64,000 nt of DNA, taken from positions 206,646,001 through 206,710,000 of the forward strand of contig OX597814.1 in NCBI GenBank assembly GCA_951406725.2, read 5' to 3'. This DNA comes from Octopus vulgaris (taxonomy: Eukaryota). The position numbers were made by a program, and so were the translations under genes. A model generated the notes under the pieces. That model had not been told where the DNA came from. It did not search any database and saw only the letters and a program-made list of their open reading frames with translations. This document shows positions 26,325 through 40,207 of the stretch, one piece after another (the first letter of the stretch is position 1; each line of letters begins with the position of its first letter).

Positions 26325-26552
26325 ATTCTGGCAAACTTGACTCGAATAATAACCACTTGTCTGGAAACTGCTGAGAGAATGGGAGCAAAAAGCCTGGCAT
26401 TTCCTATATTAGGGGCTGAAATGAAATACCCCATTGGAAAACTACCCAGAACAATGTCTGAAGCAGTGAAAAACTATTCAGATCAAAATTCAAGCCGGAT
26501 CAAAGATGTTTACTTTGCGGTTTTACCTGAAGAAGACAGAGAAATAGCAAAG
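26325..26552 (+). CDS. Macrodomain module exon D, copy 2
   Basis: AG/GTTGGT intact. Reads ILANLTRIITTCLETAERMGAKSLAFPILGAEMKYPIGKLPRTMSEAVKNYSDQNSSRIKDVYFAVLPEEDREIAK. Confidence 0.93.
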
Positions 26553-27110
26553 GTTGGTTGATGTTGATATTTTTGGAATTTACCAAAAGCATATTCTGCA
26601 AGAAATGAAGAAAATAGAAACAAGAATCTGGAATCATTTTATAAATTTCCCCGCATGACATCCATATGCCTTCTGTCCTGGCAAGCTTACTTGGTCTCAT
26701 CACCACTGTAGCACATTTTGAGAGTCCAAACTCCATCTTGATATCATTCACAAAAATCTGCACAGACTGGATTAAGCTGTCCAGTTCTGTCTCACTATTT
26801 GTTAACAATTTTGAGTCATTCCTGAATGCCTGCTGGTAAAGTTTTCGCTTACCTCTTCCCACATCAAACCCCAACTTTGTCTTCTGCTGTATTTCACTTA
26901 AGGGGTTTTATTCACAGTGAAAAAAAATCAGTGGAGACACACTGTTCCCCTGGAAGAGTCCTCTGTTGATATCCACCTCTGCCAGTACTTTTCATACTCT
27001 TCCATATAAAGCTTTTCATGTGTTTTGCTACTCCGTATATTTCTTTAGTTCTTGCTGTCCAAGATTATGTTATCAATCATTATTATTATTATTGTTGTTG
27101 TTGTAGTTGA

Positions 27111-28920
27111 TGTTGTGTGAGAGTAGAGTGCCCCCTGGCGAGAATGGACTGGGCCACTATATATAAAAAAGTATTAGTGGTCTGATTAAGTGTGGAAGTT
27201 CGGATTGGAGGGCAATTCATGCTAGTTCTACAGTTCATAAGTTGATAGTCAAAGCTGGAGTTGAAAGTTTACAGTTCGAGTTAGCATGTTGGTTTGTTGG
27301 TTGTTAAAGGATTGTTGTTATGTTCTGCGTGGATACTGCCAGTTTTTCATTACACTGTTGCAGTGTATTTGTTTATCCATGAGGATAAACATATCTGGCA
27401 ACAAGGATTGTTTGAAACTTCACAGGAAATAGCTTCAAGAGAAGCAACAGCAACAACCACAAGAGCTGCAAAAACAAATACTGCAACATCAACAATAATT
27501 GAGTTTTACAGTCAGTGAAGTCCGCAAGTCCAGTAAGATTGTTTATGCCAGATGGCACGGCTAACACAATTTCTAAATTTACGTATAATCCAGAGGAGAA
27601 TATTATGTCTCCCGTGTATTATAGAAGATATGAGGAAATTTTTAACAATGAGTGCAAGTCACGGTCGGAGGAGGAGTAAGGCTTTCACTACACAAGGTAG
27701 CTCCTGCCAAACATGAGCAGTACTGTAACTTTATTCTGCCCAGAAAGTTGAGTGGGATTGATTTCCAAGAAAGCGTGGAATTGTTTTCAAAATTTTGTTT
27801 GTAAAAGTTCATTGTTGAGCGCTTTAATGGAGTAGTCAGCCATACGTGTGAAAATTTCAAACTTCAGCATCTCACTCAGGATATGTTCAAATCACTTACC
27901 TTCATGTAAGGACTTATAGCACTTGAAGACATTCAGGCAAGGATTCTCTTGAAAATGGAGCAAGCAAACCAGGATTCATCTCTACAAACCCTCACTGAAG
28001 AACGTCAGACTATAGTAAATGATGTGAAAATAATGCCGGATAAAGACTCTGCAAAACTTCAAATGTGTTGCCCTGGAAAGCAGAATCCAAAAAAGTATCC
28101 GGCCCCAAACTGTGTTATGGTTATGGAGGCCTACACTACGAAAAGGATTGTCCATTTAAAAACAAAAAGTGCTATAGTTGTCATAAGCTGGGACACAGGA
28201 GTTCTCATTGCAGAACAAGACTGCAAGGCTCAAATACAAAAAGTTCTAAGGTGTTTTCAGCAGAGATCGATTGTGATGGAGAAACAAGAAAATTCGTGCA
28301 TGTAAAGATAAATGATGTGAATACCAAATTACAGTTAGACTCAGGTAGTGACATCTTCATTATAAATGCAGATACTTGGGAAAAATTGGTAAACCGAGAT
28401 TGCGCAAAACAGCAAAAATAGCATGTGGTGTAACGGGCGACAAATTACATTTGATGGACAAAACATGTATCAACATCACATTTCGAGGAGAGACACGTGA
28501 AGCAAAATTATTCGTCTGTTTGGTACAGATTGGCTAGAACTATTCAATTTATGGTACTTCCCCGTAAATCTTTACTGCAATAAAATAAATGGTTGTCACG
28601 TTAAAAACAAGTCTACAGAAGAACTGAAGGAAAAATTGGAAAAAAAATGTTCCTGCAAGTGTTATTTAAAAGAGTGTTAAGAGAAGCAGTAAATGAATCA
28701 AAATGTCATTAACTGCGGTTGACCGGTGTGTTTGTTCTTCCTGTTTTGTCATCCATTTTGTGGGGGAAGGGCAGCTCAACTGAATTTATTTTTCTGTCAA
28801 AAGTTGTTTGCATTTTCCCCGTCACCATTGGAGAAAGCCCAACAGAACATGGTGAGGCCTATATGTGAAAGAGGGGGAGAGATCGAGGCTCAAATACAAA
28901 ATGCTTTAGGTTCTGTCTAA
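27111..28920 (+). mobile_element. Ty3/Gypsy relic with the same internal deletion, U2
   Basis: ORF 28065-28421 has the knuckle and LDSGSD. Same junction agtgttatttaaaagag as U1. Confidence 0.82.
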
Positions 28921-30407
28921 TGACATACACATACATACATTCTTATATATTTATGATGATGATGATGATGATATTTCAGTAACAGCTTTTGAAAAAATAC
29001 AATAAAAGTAACGAGAACAGAATGCATCCTCTTCATCACCATCATCTCCATCACCACCACCACCACCACCACCACCCGTGTGCGATAGAATTTGTGGAGT
29101 TAGATATTCTATGGCTTGACGCCTTTCCTGTCACCAACCCTCACCTCGTTCCAAGGGAGGTAACTATTTCTGTATTTTACAAAACATCACAAACTATTAG
29201 AAACAAAGGACACTGCTTGCATAACAGGGACACTCGTTTACAGCTAACAAATAATGTAACGGCAAGGAGACACACACACATATGTGTGACAGGCTTATCT
29301 CATTTACTGCCTGTCAGACCCAATCACAGAGCTTTGATTGGCCTAAGGCTATAGTTAAAGACACTTGCTCAAGGTGCCATACATTGAGACCGAACCTAAA
29401 TCAAGGTAATTAAAAGTAATAGCATCAGAAGCAGTATTAATACCAAAAGCAATCTTTATATCCAACTAAATGTGGATGTTGTGTTAGAACACCAAATACT
29501 GCCTTATTTACCTTGAGAGGACCTCTCATATGGATGCACGGTCCATAAAGGCACTCATATTTATATTGTTGGTAGATGTCAGTCATCTGCTACAGGCACC
29601 AGAACTGCCAGATCATGTATTTTTGCTCTGCTCAGGTTCATCAGTGACAGACACCCTGTAGCAACATAACAGCCAAATCTCCCTGTCAACGATATATAGA
29701 CAGTGATGTCACAAATAGCCTGAAGGCTTATTAAAGATAATTAATAGCAACAGAAGCAGTGTTAATACCAAAAGGCATTCTTTATGTCCATATGCTGTAA
29801 TGAAGAAATAGGGGAAATTCCTGTCCACTGTAGAACTGTTTTTGAAGTTCTTTCTTTTCCTTTGTCATCTCTCTTATGAATGACCATGATCCTAATTGTT
29901 GGACCTCCTCCACCTCCTCCTTCTTGCTTATAATATCAAAAAATAATTACCTTGTACTCTGCTTTTGTTGCTCAAATATTCTTGGCTACACAAGATGCAC
30001 CAAAGAACCTCAACTTCAACATTCTTGATAGACATTTCAACAGCAAACACAAGACTCAGCAGTTTTAATCAGAATGGTGAGTGGAGAGAAGAAACAATAC
30101 AACTTCAGCTACATGAAGACACCATTGCCACATGTTTAACTTCACTAACACCACATCAGTGGTCAGTGTGGAAGGTTTTTCTGCCACATCCACTGCAATA
30201 CCTTGTCTCCCAGTAGACTGGAAGGTCGTGGATGGAATATCTTTGATCTGAGTGACAAAGTAATTTTCCTCATTTCCTTATTACTGATTAGAAAGAAATC
30301 ATTAAATATTTCAAATATTTTGTTTGTCTTTTGTTAAATTAAATCTCTTCTCTTTAAAAAAAGCAAAAATTAAACAAAAATGATTCTCATGGTTTTGAAT
30401 TTTGCAG

Positions 30408-30489
30408 AAATTTGAAGAATATCTCCAAAATAAAGACGAAAATGAAGGAATGATGGATAAACAGGAAAAGGAAAGATTTCATTCAAAAG
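30408..30489 (+). CDS. Macrodomain module exon E, copy 2
   Basis: ttttgcAG/GTAAAC. Reads KFEEYLQNKDENEGMMDKQEKERFHSK+G. Confidence 0.82.
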
Positions 30490-30574
30490 GTAAACAATTT
30501 GTTTGTTGATATTGAATATTATGGTGTTTTGCCATATCGTCTCTATTAAACACTGTTTATTATAAATATTATTA

Positions 30575-30583
30575 ATGTTATTA

Positions 30584-30646
<63 letters not shown>

Positions 30647-30706
30647 TCATTATTATTATTATTAATTATTAATTATTATCATTATTATTATTCTGATTAT
30701 TATTAC

Positions 30707-30735
<29 letters not shown>
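30575..30735. repeat. (TTA)n microsatellite (similar tracts ~14020-14105, 32031-32085, 47156-47328, 48807-48880)
   Basis: Direct reading. Confidence 0.95.
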
Positions 30736-30737
<2 letters not shown>

Positions 30738-32010
30738 TTTCTTTTCTTCTTTCAAATTTGCTTCCATTTCTTGCCGAGTGTCTTCCCGACTCTTAGGGCA
30801 AAGAAACTCATAGTATACATTGGTAGGCCATTAAACTAAACTCAATAGTTCGTTCATTTTTTTTTTTTTAAGTTAAATTAAATTACATGGGTCGTAATAA
30901 TTCTCACATCGACAATGCTCCTCTCAATACATGTGATGTACCAGTTAAGACAATCTTTTGCACTTCTTGCAGGGATGGTACGCCAGGGATCATTCTCATA
31001 TAATTTTCGGTTCCCTTCTTGATCATTCCTAGTGCTCCTACGATCACTGGTATTGTAACCGCCTTGAGATCCCACATTTTCTCAATTTCAATGAGTAGGT
31101 CTTTATATTTTCTGAGCTTATCAAACTCATTCGCTGAGATATTATGATCACAGGGGATGCTCATGTCGATCAATAAGCAAACTTTATTGTTTTGGACTTT
31201 CACAACAATATCTGGTTTATTAGCCTTGATGGTTCGGTCTGTATGTAGTGGAAAGTCCCACAGAATGGTTACATTTTCTCCTTCAGTTACAGCCTCAGGG
31301 TGGTGATTATACCATTTGTTGGCAGTTTTGATATTGTAATGCTGACTTATTAGCCAGTGTAGATATTGGCCAACTCTGTCATGTCTTAATTTATACTCCA
31401 CTGGTGCTAAGACTTTACATCCAGAGATTAGGTGGTCCACTGTTTCAATCATGTCGTTGCAGAATCGGCATTTTGGGTCTGCTTCATTTTTATCACATTG
31501 GCCTGGTAGTTCCGGGTTAATAGGCTTTGATCTTGAGCAGCCAGGATGAAACCTTCGCTCTCTGCTTTTAGCCCTGAGCTCCGTAGCCACTGATGGGTTT
31601 GCTTCTGGTCAACATCAGCTTGTTTGCTGCGGGCCACATATTTGCCGTGCAGAGGTTTCTCCTCCCACCTCTCAGCCAATTGCTCGTGTGCTTTTTTCGT
31701 TGCCATTATTTTCACCTTCTTTGCAACAATAGTTGCCGTACTTCCCTCAGGTTGTTCAGTTTGGGTATCCTGCACGAGATCAATAGCAAATTTTTTGCTT
31801 TCCTTTATGATAGAATGAAGCTTCTTTCGTCTCTCGTGATTTTCCACGAGCTTTAGCATCCAGCCATTCGTTATTTCAATATATTTGGCCAGTCCAATTG
31901 TGGTTGTTTTGTAAGCTAGTTCAAATTGGATCAGGCCTCGACCTCCTTGGGCTCTGGGAAGGTAAAGGCGATCTACGTCTGCCTTTGGGAGGTGCATCCT
32001 ATTACAACTC
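30736..32010 (-). mobile_element. RLE-type non-LTR retrotransposon 3' fragment (R4/Dong-like), family 1, U2
   Basis: CRFCNDMIETVDHLISGC knuckle, RHD, ILWDF..TDR....KPDIVV..LIDMSIP..K..KY restriction-like endonuclease. 3' end abuts (TAA)n on the minus strand. One frameshift. Confidence 0.88.
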
Positions 32011-32029
32011 AGCAGTTTGCGTATTTTCC

Positions 32030-32070
<41 letters not shown>

Positions 32071-34749
32071 TTATTATTATTATCATGATTGCTATTATTG
32101 TTATAGATGTCGCACAGTATACAATATCGTGAGATTGTTGATTGAAGATATTGTGTCTACCGGGGGTTTGCAGTGTTTGTCAAGTCACAAAATGGACCTC
32201 AGTCAGACAATACTTTACACAATTCCAAGTAATGCTGACTTTTGCAATACATCTAGATTGCAGGGTATCTCTAAGGACTTCAGATGTTTTTTTTTCAGAT
32301 TGGATGTTATTGAACCCAATTCTCCAATGACAATAGGGATAACCTTTATGTTCGACTCTTCTACCTGCCACATCTTAGCAATCTCAATTCTCAGGTTTCC
32401 ATATTTATCAACCTTTTTCTCTTTATTTCATGATGATGTGTTGATCTCCTGGCACTGCCAAATCGATTATTTGGCACTCTTTTTTGTCCCTCCTAAAGGT
32501 TTCTATATCTGGCCTTTTGTGCTCTAACACTTTGTCTGTCTGGAAATCAAAGTCCCAGAGGATTTTTGCCTTCCCCTTTTCGTTCATCACCTTTTCTGGT
32601 GTATGTTGGTACCAAGCACCCATAACCTCATATCCATACCCATGGCATAGTAGCCAGTGGAGGTTTTGGGCTACTTTGTCGTGTCTACGCATGTACTCTT
32701 CCTGCGCATGACTTTCTCAAGCACTAACAGTGAGTCACACTTTCAACCCTCTTCCCACACATTCTGCAGAGGTCCGTTGCTCTTGTGTGGTATATATTCT
32801 TTTCCACTGAGTACTGGGCCCAAATGATTAGGCTTTCAGTATTTTTCATTAGGTCACCCTTGTTGAGCCATTCTATGATGCTTCTTTGTCTTTTAATTTG
32901 TTGGTTCCACAGTGGAACTGACCATGTAATTCCATACGGAGTAGGGTTTCTTCTCTCTCGTCGGCTGTTCGTGATCAGAATTCATGTTTACCCTCAAGTT
33001 CCTGTGCTATCAGAATAGTAGCTGTTGTAGTATTTGTAGTATTAGCAGCTGCAGTATATTATCATTATTTTTATTTTTATCATTGTCACCATCACCACCA
33101 CTACAACTCTGCATGTTTCTAGTAATCCCCTATGTCAGTACAAATCCATTTTATCCTCAACTATTGGGATTTGGGATTTGACCAAATTATATGCTGTGGA
33201 TGATCGGTGGTGGAAGTAAATGTGGGATGACATGGGCTTGCAAAGTAACTCTGTCACTATTCTGCCTCCAGAAAACTTAACTTTTGTGTCCAAATAATCA
33301 ATGCTAGTTTTTGAAAAACTAGACGTAAATTTACGTTGAACTTAAAGCCAGTTTTTAGCATAACAGTCACAGAAATGCAAGAATTTAATTAAACTATCTG
33401 GCAATCCATCCCAAGCAAAATGACGTAATTTTAGTTTTCCCACATGTGTAGCCTTTAGGGGCCATTCTGGTAATTGTTTGGGCTAAAAAACAAGGGTGGG
33501 GAACGAGAATTGTTCATCCATTGAACAGAAGAGCTGGTCCCCCAGAGGAGAGAACAGCCAAGTCTTAAAAGCAACAACAACTTCAACAATAGTGCATGTG
33601 AGGCCTAGGAAAGCGATTTTGCCTTGCTTCTGTCATCTCATTTCACCATCACAGGAACAAAAGAAATTAATGAGAAAAATTGACAACTACAGCAAGAAAA
33701 CAGCTGCCATGCTGGTGGCAGCAGCAGCAGCAGGTTTGCCAGTACCACTGCCAACATCATCATCATCATCGTTTAACATCTGTTTTCTAAGCATGCATGG
33801 ATTGGACAGTTGACAGGAGCCGGCAAGGTGGAAAATAACTACCCTTCGCTACTGTGTCTGTTTTGGCAGGAATTTTACAGCTGGATGCACTTCCTAACAC
33901 CAACCACTCAGAAGTTTGGAAAAGCAAAGCCTACGTAGCCAGTGTAAAGAAATATGGGACTGTCAAAGTGCGGTTCGTCTCAGAGGAGGAGACCAAAAAT
34001 AACTGGACGGCCATCCTAGCAAGGGACAAACACATTGTCATCCCCATCTACTTTGGTCAAAGAATATTCAGAGTTAGAATACTCAACATTCCACCAGATA
34101 TAATCATCTGTTGGTTAGCGTCTGCAATTCTGCTGGACAAAAAGAGAAAACCATGCTTCTAAGAATATGGAAGAGACACATGCAGAACTAGTTTGAACAG
34201 AGGATACAGATAATGTTGTGTTTCTCTTGTTCATTCACAAAGAACACAGTGATACGCAAGATAGGTATATCATGTCTCTCCAACAGAGCTCTAACCAACA
34301 GTTTTTGGTCAGGCAATCTGTGACAAATTTAGATAGAGGAATGAATAAGTGACGATAATAAAGGAATGTGAAAGAGAGGGAGAAAGAGAGAGAATTGGAT
34401 TGAGTGAAGGGATCTTAAGTTTGCTTTTTTTTTAAACGTACAGCATGGAAGATGAAACTGTGTTTACAGAGATAATGAATTAGAATAATGACATGAACTA
34501 ACAAGGTAATTATGGTGTGCGCTGAAAAAGAGAGGTTTAGATGTTCTCGGTTGAAAAACAAGATTGCTTGTCTGAACATCTTCTGATTTTCTAGTCTGTT
34601 GGCGAGGTGATTATACATTGAAATCTTGTATTTATTTCCGTTTAGTATCATTTGAATGTTACTTCAGCAAACGCAGGAACATGTGGAAATATGTGGACAT
34701 GACTAAAAGGTCCATACAGAACCATTTATAAGAATCTCAAGACCTCCTT

Positions 34750-35200
34750 TAATGTCTATGAGAGAAAAATGCCACATACATGGCTACGCATATTATGATT
34801 GCCGAAGGAAAGTAATCTTTACTTCAATGGTAGCAGAAGGTGAAGTCTGTGCCTTGCCAAAAAGAGAACTTATATTTAAGAACTCTCTCCACCCAGATGC
34901 TTAATTAAACCCAAATTCCACTTTGCTGGGAGTTATTCCTCACTCAGAGATTTTGGACAAGTGGCATGACCAATGATGGAATCCTCCTCTCTAATTGTCT
35001 CTTGCAATTAGAGATGTGGCACTTGCTGTCAGAAACCCATTGCCCTACTTCCATACTGGCCACTCTGAGGAGCACAGTGTTAGATGATATCCTGTGCAAA
35101 ACTGATTTGTAAGAATGGCTGAAATGGATTTATAATACTGTATAGTTTTGCTGGTAAATTACCTACTCTATTAACAAATGTACGAATGCCTGTTTTCCTA
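34750..35200 (+). mobile_element. Old Penelope-like 3' end with decayed hammerhead, U3-specific segment
   Basis: YFNGSRR*SLCLAKK at ~34820 resembles a PLE GIY-YIG C-terminal C.LC..EK motif. It is followed by CTGAGGA-gcacag..ctgtgc-AAAAC..GTA at 35065-35111. Confidence 0.5.
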
Positions 35201-37202
35201 GTTGATGGTGTCTTACACTTATTTCTATATCATCATCATCATTATTTAATGTCCATCAGTTTGACAAGATCTGGTGATCTCTAGATCTGTGTTAGGTTCC
35301 ACACTCAGCTGGCTGGCTGAGTGCTGCTGGCTGGCTGAGTGCAGATGGCTGGCTGAGTGTGGATGGCTGGCTGTCCTTCATAATGCTAACCGTTTTACAG
35401 TGTGGACTGGAAGCTGCTTTTCTCATGGCACCAGCACTGGTGAGGTCACCAAGAAACTTGCAACCCCCCCGATGGAACTGGTGGGTGGGGAGGTTGCTTG
35501 ATGCCAGGGCTAGAAAGTCTAAAGTTTGCCAGAGGGTTAAGCACATAGATATAGAGGAGACTCGTGGCGTCCTTATATTTATGCAAAGGGGCATGACAGT
35601 ATCTGGAAGGAAGAAAGATGGTGGTAATAGGGTGCCAGAGCATAGTCCCAAGTTAGAAGAAGGGGAGTATAAGGGAGACTGTGGATGAGGAAAGAAGGAA
35701 TGGGAGGGTAATGGCATCAGAGTGTGAGATGAGAATGGCAGAGGTTAGAGATGGGGCTTGAGGTGGATGTAGGGAGTGAGGAACAATGGTTTGAGGTGGA
35801 GTTGATAGACTGACGGGGCTCGGTAAGGAGGAGGTGACAAGAAGCAGCATAGGAAGGGTGGAGAGCAGCAGAACCATCAATCTGTTGATAGATGAGGAGG
35901 AAGGGAGATGATGACCAGGATCTGACAGCAGAGGGAAAGCAAAGATGATGAACTGTGAAAGAGATGGGAGTCAGAGATACATGGGGGTGGCTGTAGTGAG
36001 TGGGGCCAGAAAACTGGAGGGAGTATTAGCAATGGCTGTGAGAGGGTGTTGAGAATGATTGCAGATAGGAGAAGTGTTCAACAGGAAACCTGGCAGAGTA
36101 AGGTGTAGCTAAGAGGGGTGGGTGGGAAAGATTAGGGAAGGGACAGAAAGGGATGATCGATGGAAGGTTGTATGGATGGAGATGATGATGAAAGAGATGC
36201 AACTGGTATTAATGAAAGGGTGGGGGTGGTGATGAATGCTCTCAAATGGTTACAGCAGTAAAGTAGGACCATAGTTAGAAGAGTATAATAGAGGGCTGGG
36301 TGTTAGGAAGATGAGATGTGGTGAAGGGGATGCTTCACAGGGACAGATATGGGCGTAGGGTCCAGCATGGACAGGAATATATATCACAGTTTTTGGACAT
36401 GACTTTTGCTGTGACAAATGTGTCTTTATATATCATTTTGTTCAACTTATGCCAGCATGGACATGAAATGTAGATGGGGATAATGCTGATGATGGCATGT
36501 CTATACGTATGTACATCATGATCATCATCATTTAACATCCATTGTCCATGCTGGCATGGGTTGGACGGTTTGACTGGGGCTGGCAAGGTGAGGGGCTACA
36601 CCAGACTCCAGTCTGACATGGTATGATTTCTACAGCTGGATACCTTTCCTAACCACCAATGTAATGGCTGCTTTTATTTACCACCAGCATGGATGCTAGA
36701 TACATGATGCCAGCATCAACCACATGGCCTCTATGAGGCACAACCCCCAAATGGTACTTTTTACGTGAGACTGGCATGGCTGGCAGGTAGGTGACACCTA
36801 CAAAGACCATAGCTATGATTTCATTTGGCTTGATATGTCTTCTCAAGTATGACATATCGCCAAATGTCTCGGTCACTATAGTCATTGCTTCCATGTGGCC
36901 CATCATTTGATGATTATGCTTAAGCACCTCATTCCATGTCTTCCTGGGCCTCCCTCTTCTACAGCTTCCTCCCACTGGTAGAGATTGGAACTTCTTCAGA
37001 TGTCGTGTGCGGTTGTCTCTCTTGTACACCACATCTGATGGTTCTTATGCCCAGCTAAGATATATATATATATATATGAATTATCAATATAACATATATC
37101 AGAATGAGAAGCACAACCTAAAGAATAGAGCAGACTTTATGATTGAAAATGTGTATGTTTGTGTGTGTGTATGTATGTATGTTTATATTTGTTAATTTTC
37201 AG

Positions 37203-37315
37203 GAACCAAACCATCAGACCTTCTTAGTCCTCAACAGGAATCGTCCTCTATGACACCCAGAACTAAAGTGACATCCAGAAAATATGATGGCATCAAAATA
37301 AAACTAATGATTTAG
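37203..37315 (+). pseudogene. Exon A, copy 3
   Basis: Same AG acceptor, frame and TAG as copy 1. Confidence 0.7.
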
Positions 37316-37390
37316 TCAATTTGGCCTATGTGCACCCCAGACTGGTAAAGCGTTAAGTGTATGGTTGGCTGGTTTTTGAAGTTACTGTTG

Positions 37391-37428
<38 letters not shown>

Positions 37429-37429
<1 letters not shown>

Positions 37430-39380
37430 TGTTGTGTCTCGGGGGAGGGTCATATGAAAATAAACAGATCAACATACAGATGGATAGGTACATAGGTTAT
37501 ATGAAGAAATACTGTTGTGTCTCGGGGGAGGGTCATTTTGTGCCTTATAATTTTACACACTCACTGGTGAGATGTCCGCTTAATGTAGAAACTGAGAAGA
37601 ACGTAATGGAGAGCCTCCAGCAAATAGCTAACTCCATCCACCAAAGTATCAAGGTAACTATAGATTAAACCCCACTAAGCACCCCAACAATGGACTCCCT
37701 GTACATGATACTGAACTTGGGTTAGAGACTGTGAACAAAAGAGTGCAGCTCCTCCACTCTTATTACATGGAACCCATAACTTCAAACTATGTCGTTCACA
37801 AGAACTCACCTTTCTCACACAACATGGAAATTAAACCATACTGATAGCAGACTTAATTAGAATAATGAACAATGTGTCCCCACTATGCGAACCCTATGAA
37901 ACGACAAAACACATACAGAACTTTATGCACCGCATGCAGTTCTCTGGATATGATCAAAAAGATAGGGTTCGAGTGTACAGGGGTGCTAGAAATAAATCTG
38001 AGAACATTATACGTAATGATACCAGTGGTACCTGCCCTAGATATAGAAACAAAGAATGGAATAGGATACAAAGCACTTGTGACAAAGCAAACAGGGTGAA
38101 CACATGGTATAAAAGTGAGAAATATCAAGGAGTGATGTTTGTAGAGGCCAAATCCCATGGAGAACTAGCCTGTAGATTTAGGGAAGCTCTGAAGGAGACC
38201 AAACTCGACATTAAGATTGTTGAAAAGCCAGGGAACTCCGTCAGATCATAACTATGTAGGACGTACCCCTTTAAGAATACCATATGCACCAATGATAACT
38301 GCATGGTATGTAGGATTAGCCCTGGCATTAACTGTAGAACTCGAAATGTAGTTTACAGAATATGATGCTTAGAAGGTACTTGTAAAGACATGAACATGAC
38401 GTACGTAGGGGAGACATCTAGGAGCATAGCTGAAAGACTAAATGAACATTTGAGACAATATGACAACAAAAAGCAGTCCTCCATACTCTACCAACATCCC
38501 AAAGACCACCATAGAGGCAACTTGGGTCAACTTGACATCCGCATCTCATCCAAGCAATCAAAAGACCCAACACTCAGACAAATACGGGAGTACGTCCTTA
38601 TAAATGAAACTTTCCTAATACTAAATAGGAAATATACATGGTAGATACCATACGCCCATACCCACAGTTTACACAGGTAGAGTAGAATAGTTAGTGGGCT
38701 GTTATGTAGATAGATGTATGTATGTGTGTGTGTGTGTGTGTGGGTACATATGTGTATATGCACATGTATGTAAGCATATGGATATGAAAATAAACAGATC
38801 AACATACAGATGGATAGGTACATAGGTTATATGAACAAACAGGCACACATACACAAATGGATACTGAAACACAAGAACATATGTACACACACGCTTTACT
38901 CCACACAAGGACACATATGGAGATACGTGTCCACACATATAGAAATGCCCATCCATACATAAAAACATGGTACAAAATGGCAAAACACACACACACACAC
39001 ACACACAAGGAGACAGAGTTGCATATATACACAAACACACTCACACACACATACACAAAACATACGCAAACACGGACATGCAAGCACATGAATATGCAGA
39101 TTACATACATACAGATGCACACACATACATACATACATACATATGCATACACACACACATGCATGCATAGACACACACACACACTGACCCACACACATGC
39201 GCACAAACAAACAAAAAGGAACGCAGTGTAAATAACGGACAGAGTCAAGACTATTGAAAAGGTTGCAAGATGCAATGAAAATTTTAAGAAAAGAAAAATA
39301 AGAACAAGTGGAAATTTCTACCAGTGAGTGTGTTAAATTATAAGGCACGAAAAGAAAATGATTCTCCCCAGACACAACAG
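37429..39380 (+). mobile_element. Degenerate Penelope-like element, U3 copy
   Basis: Homologous ORFs 37865-38251 and 38390-38644. Confidence 0.85.
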
Positions 39381-39490
39381 AATATGCTTCAACACACAAA
39401 CTCACATAAAGAATCTTGCAAACCAAATCCAAAAATGAAATACATATACGGACGTTAAATGATGATGATGATGATGATGATATATATCTT

Positions 39491-39521
<31 letters not shown>

Positions 39522-39561
39522 ATAAAGTGTACATATGTTGATATTTGTTTATTTTTTTCAG

Positions 39562-39698
39562 ACACCACATCATCAAACACATCTCTTCATGTTTCGCAAA
39601 AGGAAATCTCTTCTGTGGCACCCAGAACTAATGAGACACCCAGAGAAAATGATGGCATCAAAATACAACTATTGATTGATTCAATTTCTAATGCAACT
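39562..39698 (+). CDS. Macrodomain module exon B, copy 3
   Basis: AG/GTGAGT intact. Reads (D)TTSSNTSLHVSQKEISSVAPRTNETPRENDGIKIQLLIDSISNAT. Confidence 0.85.
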
Positions 39699-39979
39699 GT
39701 GAGTAAATAGATTCACTTAACATATTTACGTTTAATTGTTATTTCATTTTCAACTGAGGACTCATTACAGTTAATTAAAACATTTTCTCAATCAAACTCA
39801 AACATTTTATTTCCTTCACATCTGATATCTTGAGTATATCTTTTGCTAACTTTAACAACCTCAAACTTACTACAGCCATTCTGTAGAGCCTTTCTTAACA
39901 ACAATATCAACTGCAACAATGTATTTCTCTTCTCTCCATGGACTGTTCCTTAGCTGTTTACCATCAATTACTTTTGTAG

Positions 39980-40207
39980 GTTGATGTCATCATTAACAGA
40001 ACCAATAAAAACCTCTACCTTAACATTGGTGCTATCTCCAAATCTATTCTCAATGCTGCTGGTCCACAGATACAATATGAATGTAACCAGAAATATCCTC
40101 GAGCTATTTCTACATCTACAATAGCCATTACTAAAGGATATAACCTCAACTGTAAGAATGTATTTCATCTGGTATTACCTTACTGGAATGTATATTCTTC
40201 TGATTCA
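39980..40207 (+). CDS. Macrodomain module exon C, copy 3
   Basis: AG/GTAAGT intact. Reads VDVIINRTNKNLYLNIGAISKSILNAAGPQIQYECNQKYPRAISTSTIAITKGYNLNCKNVFHLVLPYWNVYSSDS. Confidence 0.93.

Larger units (their letters stand above)
15731..33910 (+). repeat. Tandem segmental duplication unit U2
   Basis: Collinear, high-identity copy of U1 with unit-specific indels. Confidence 0.93.
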
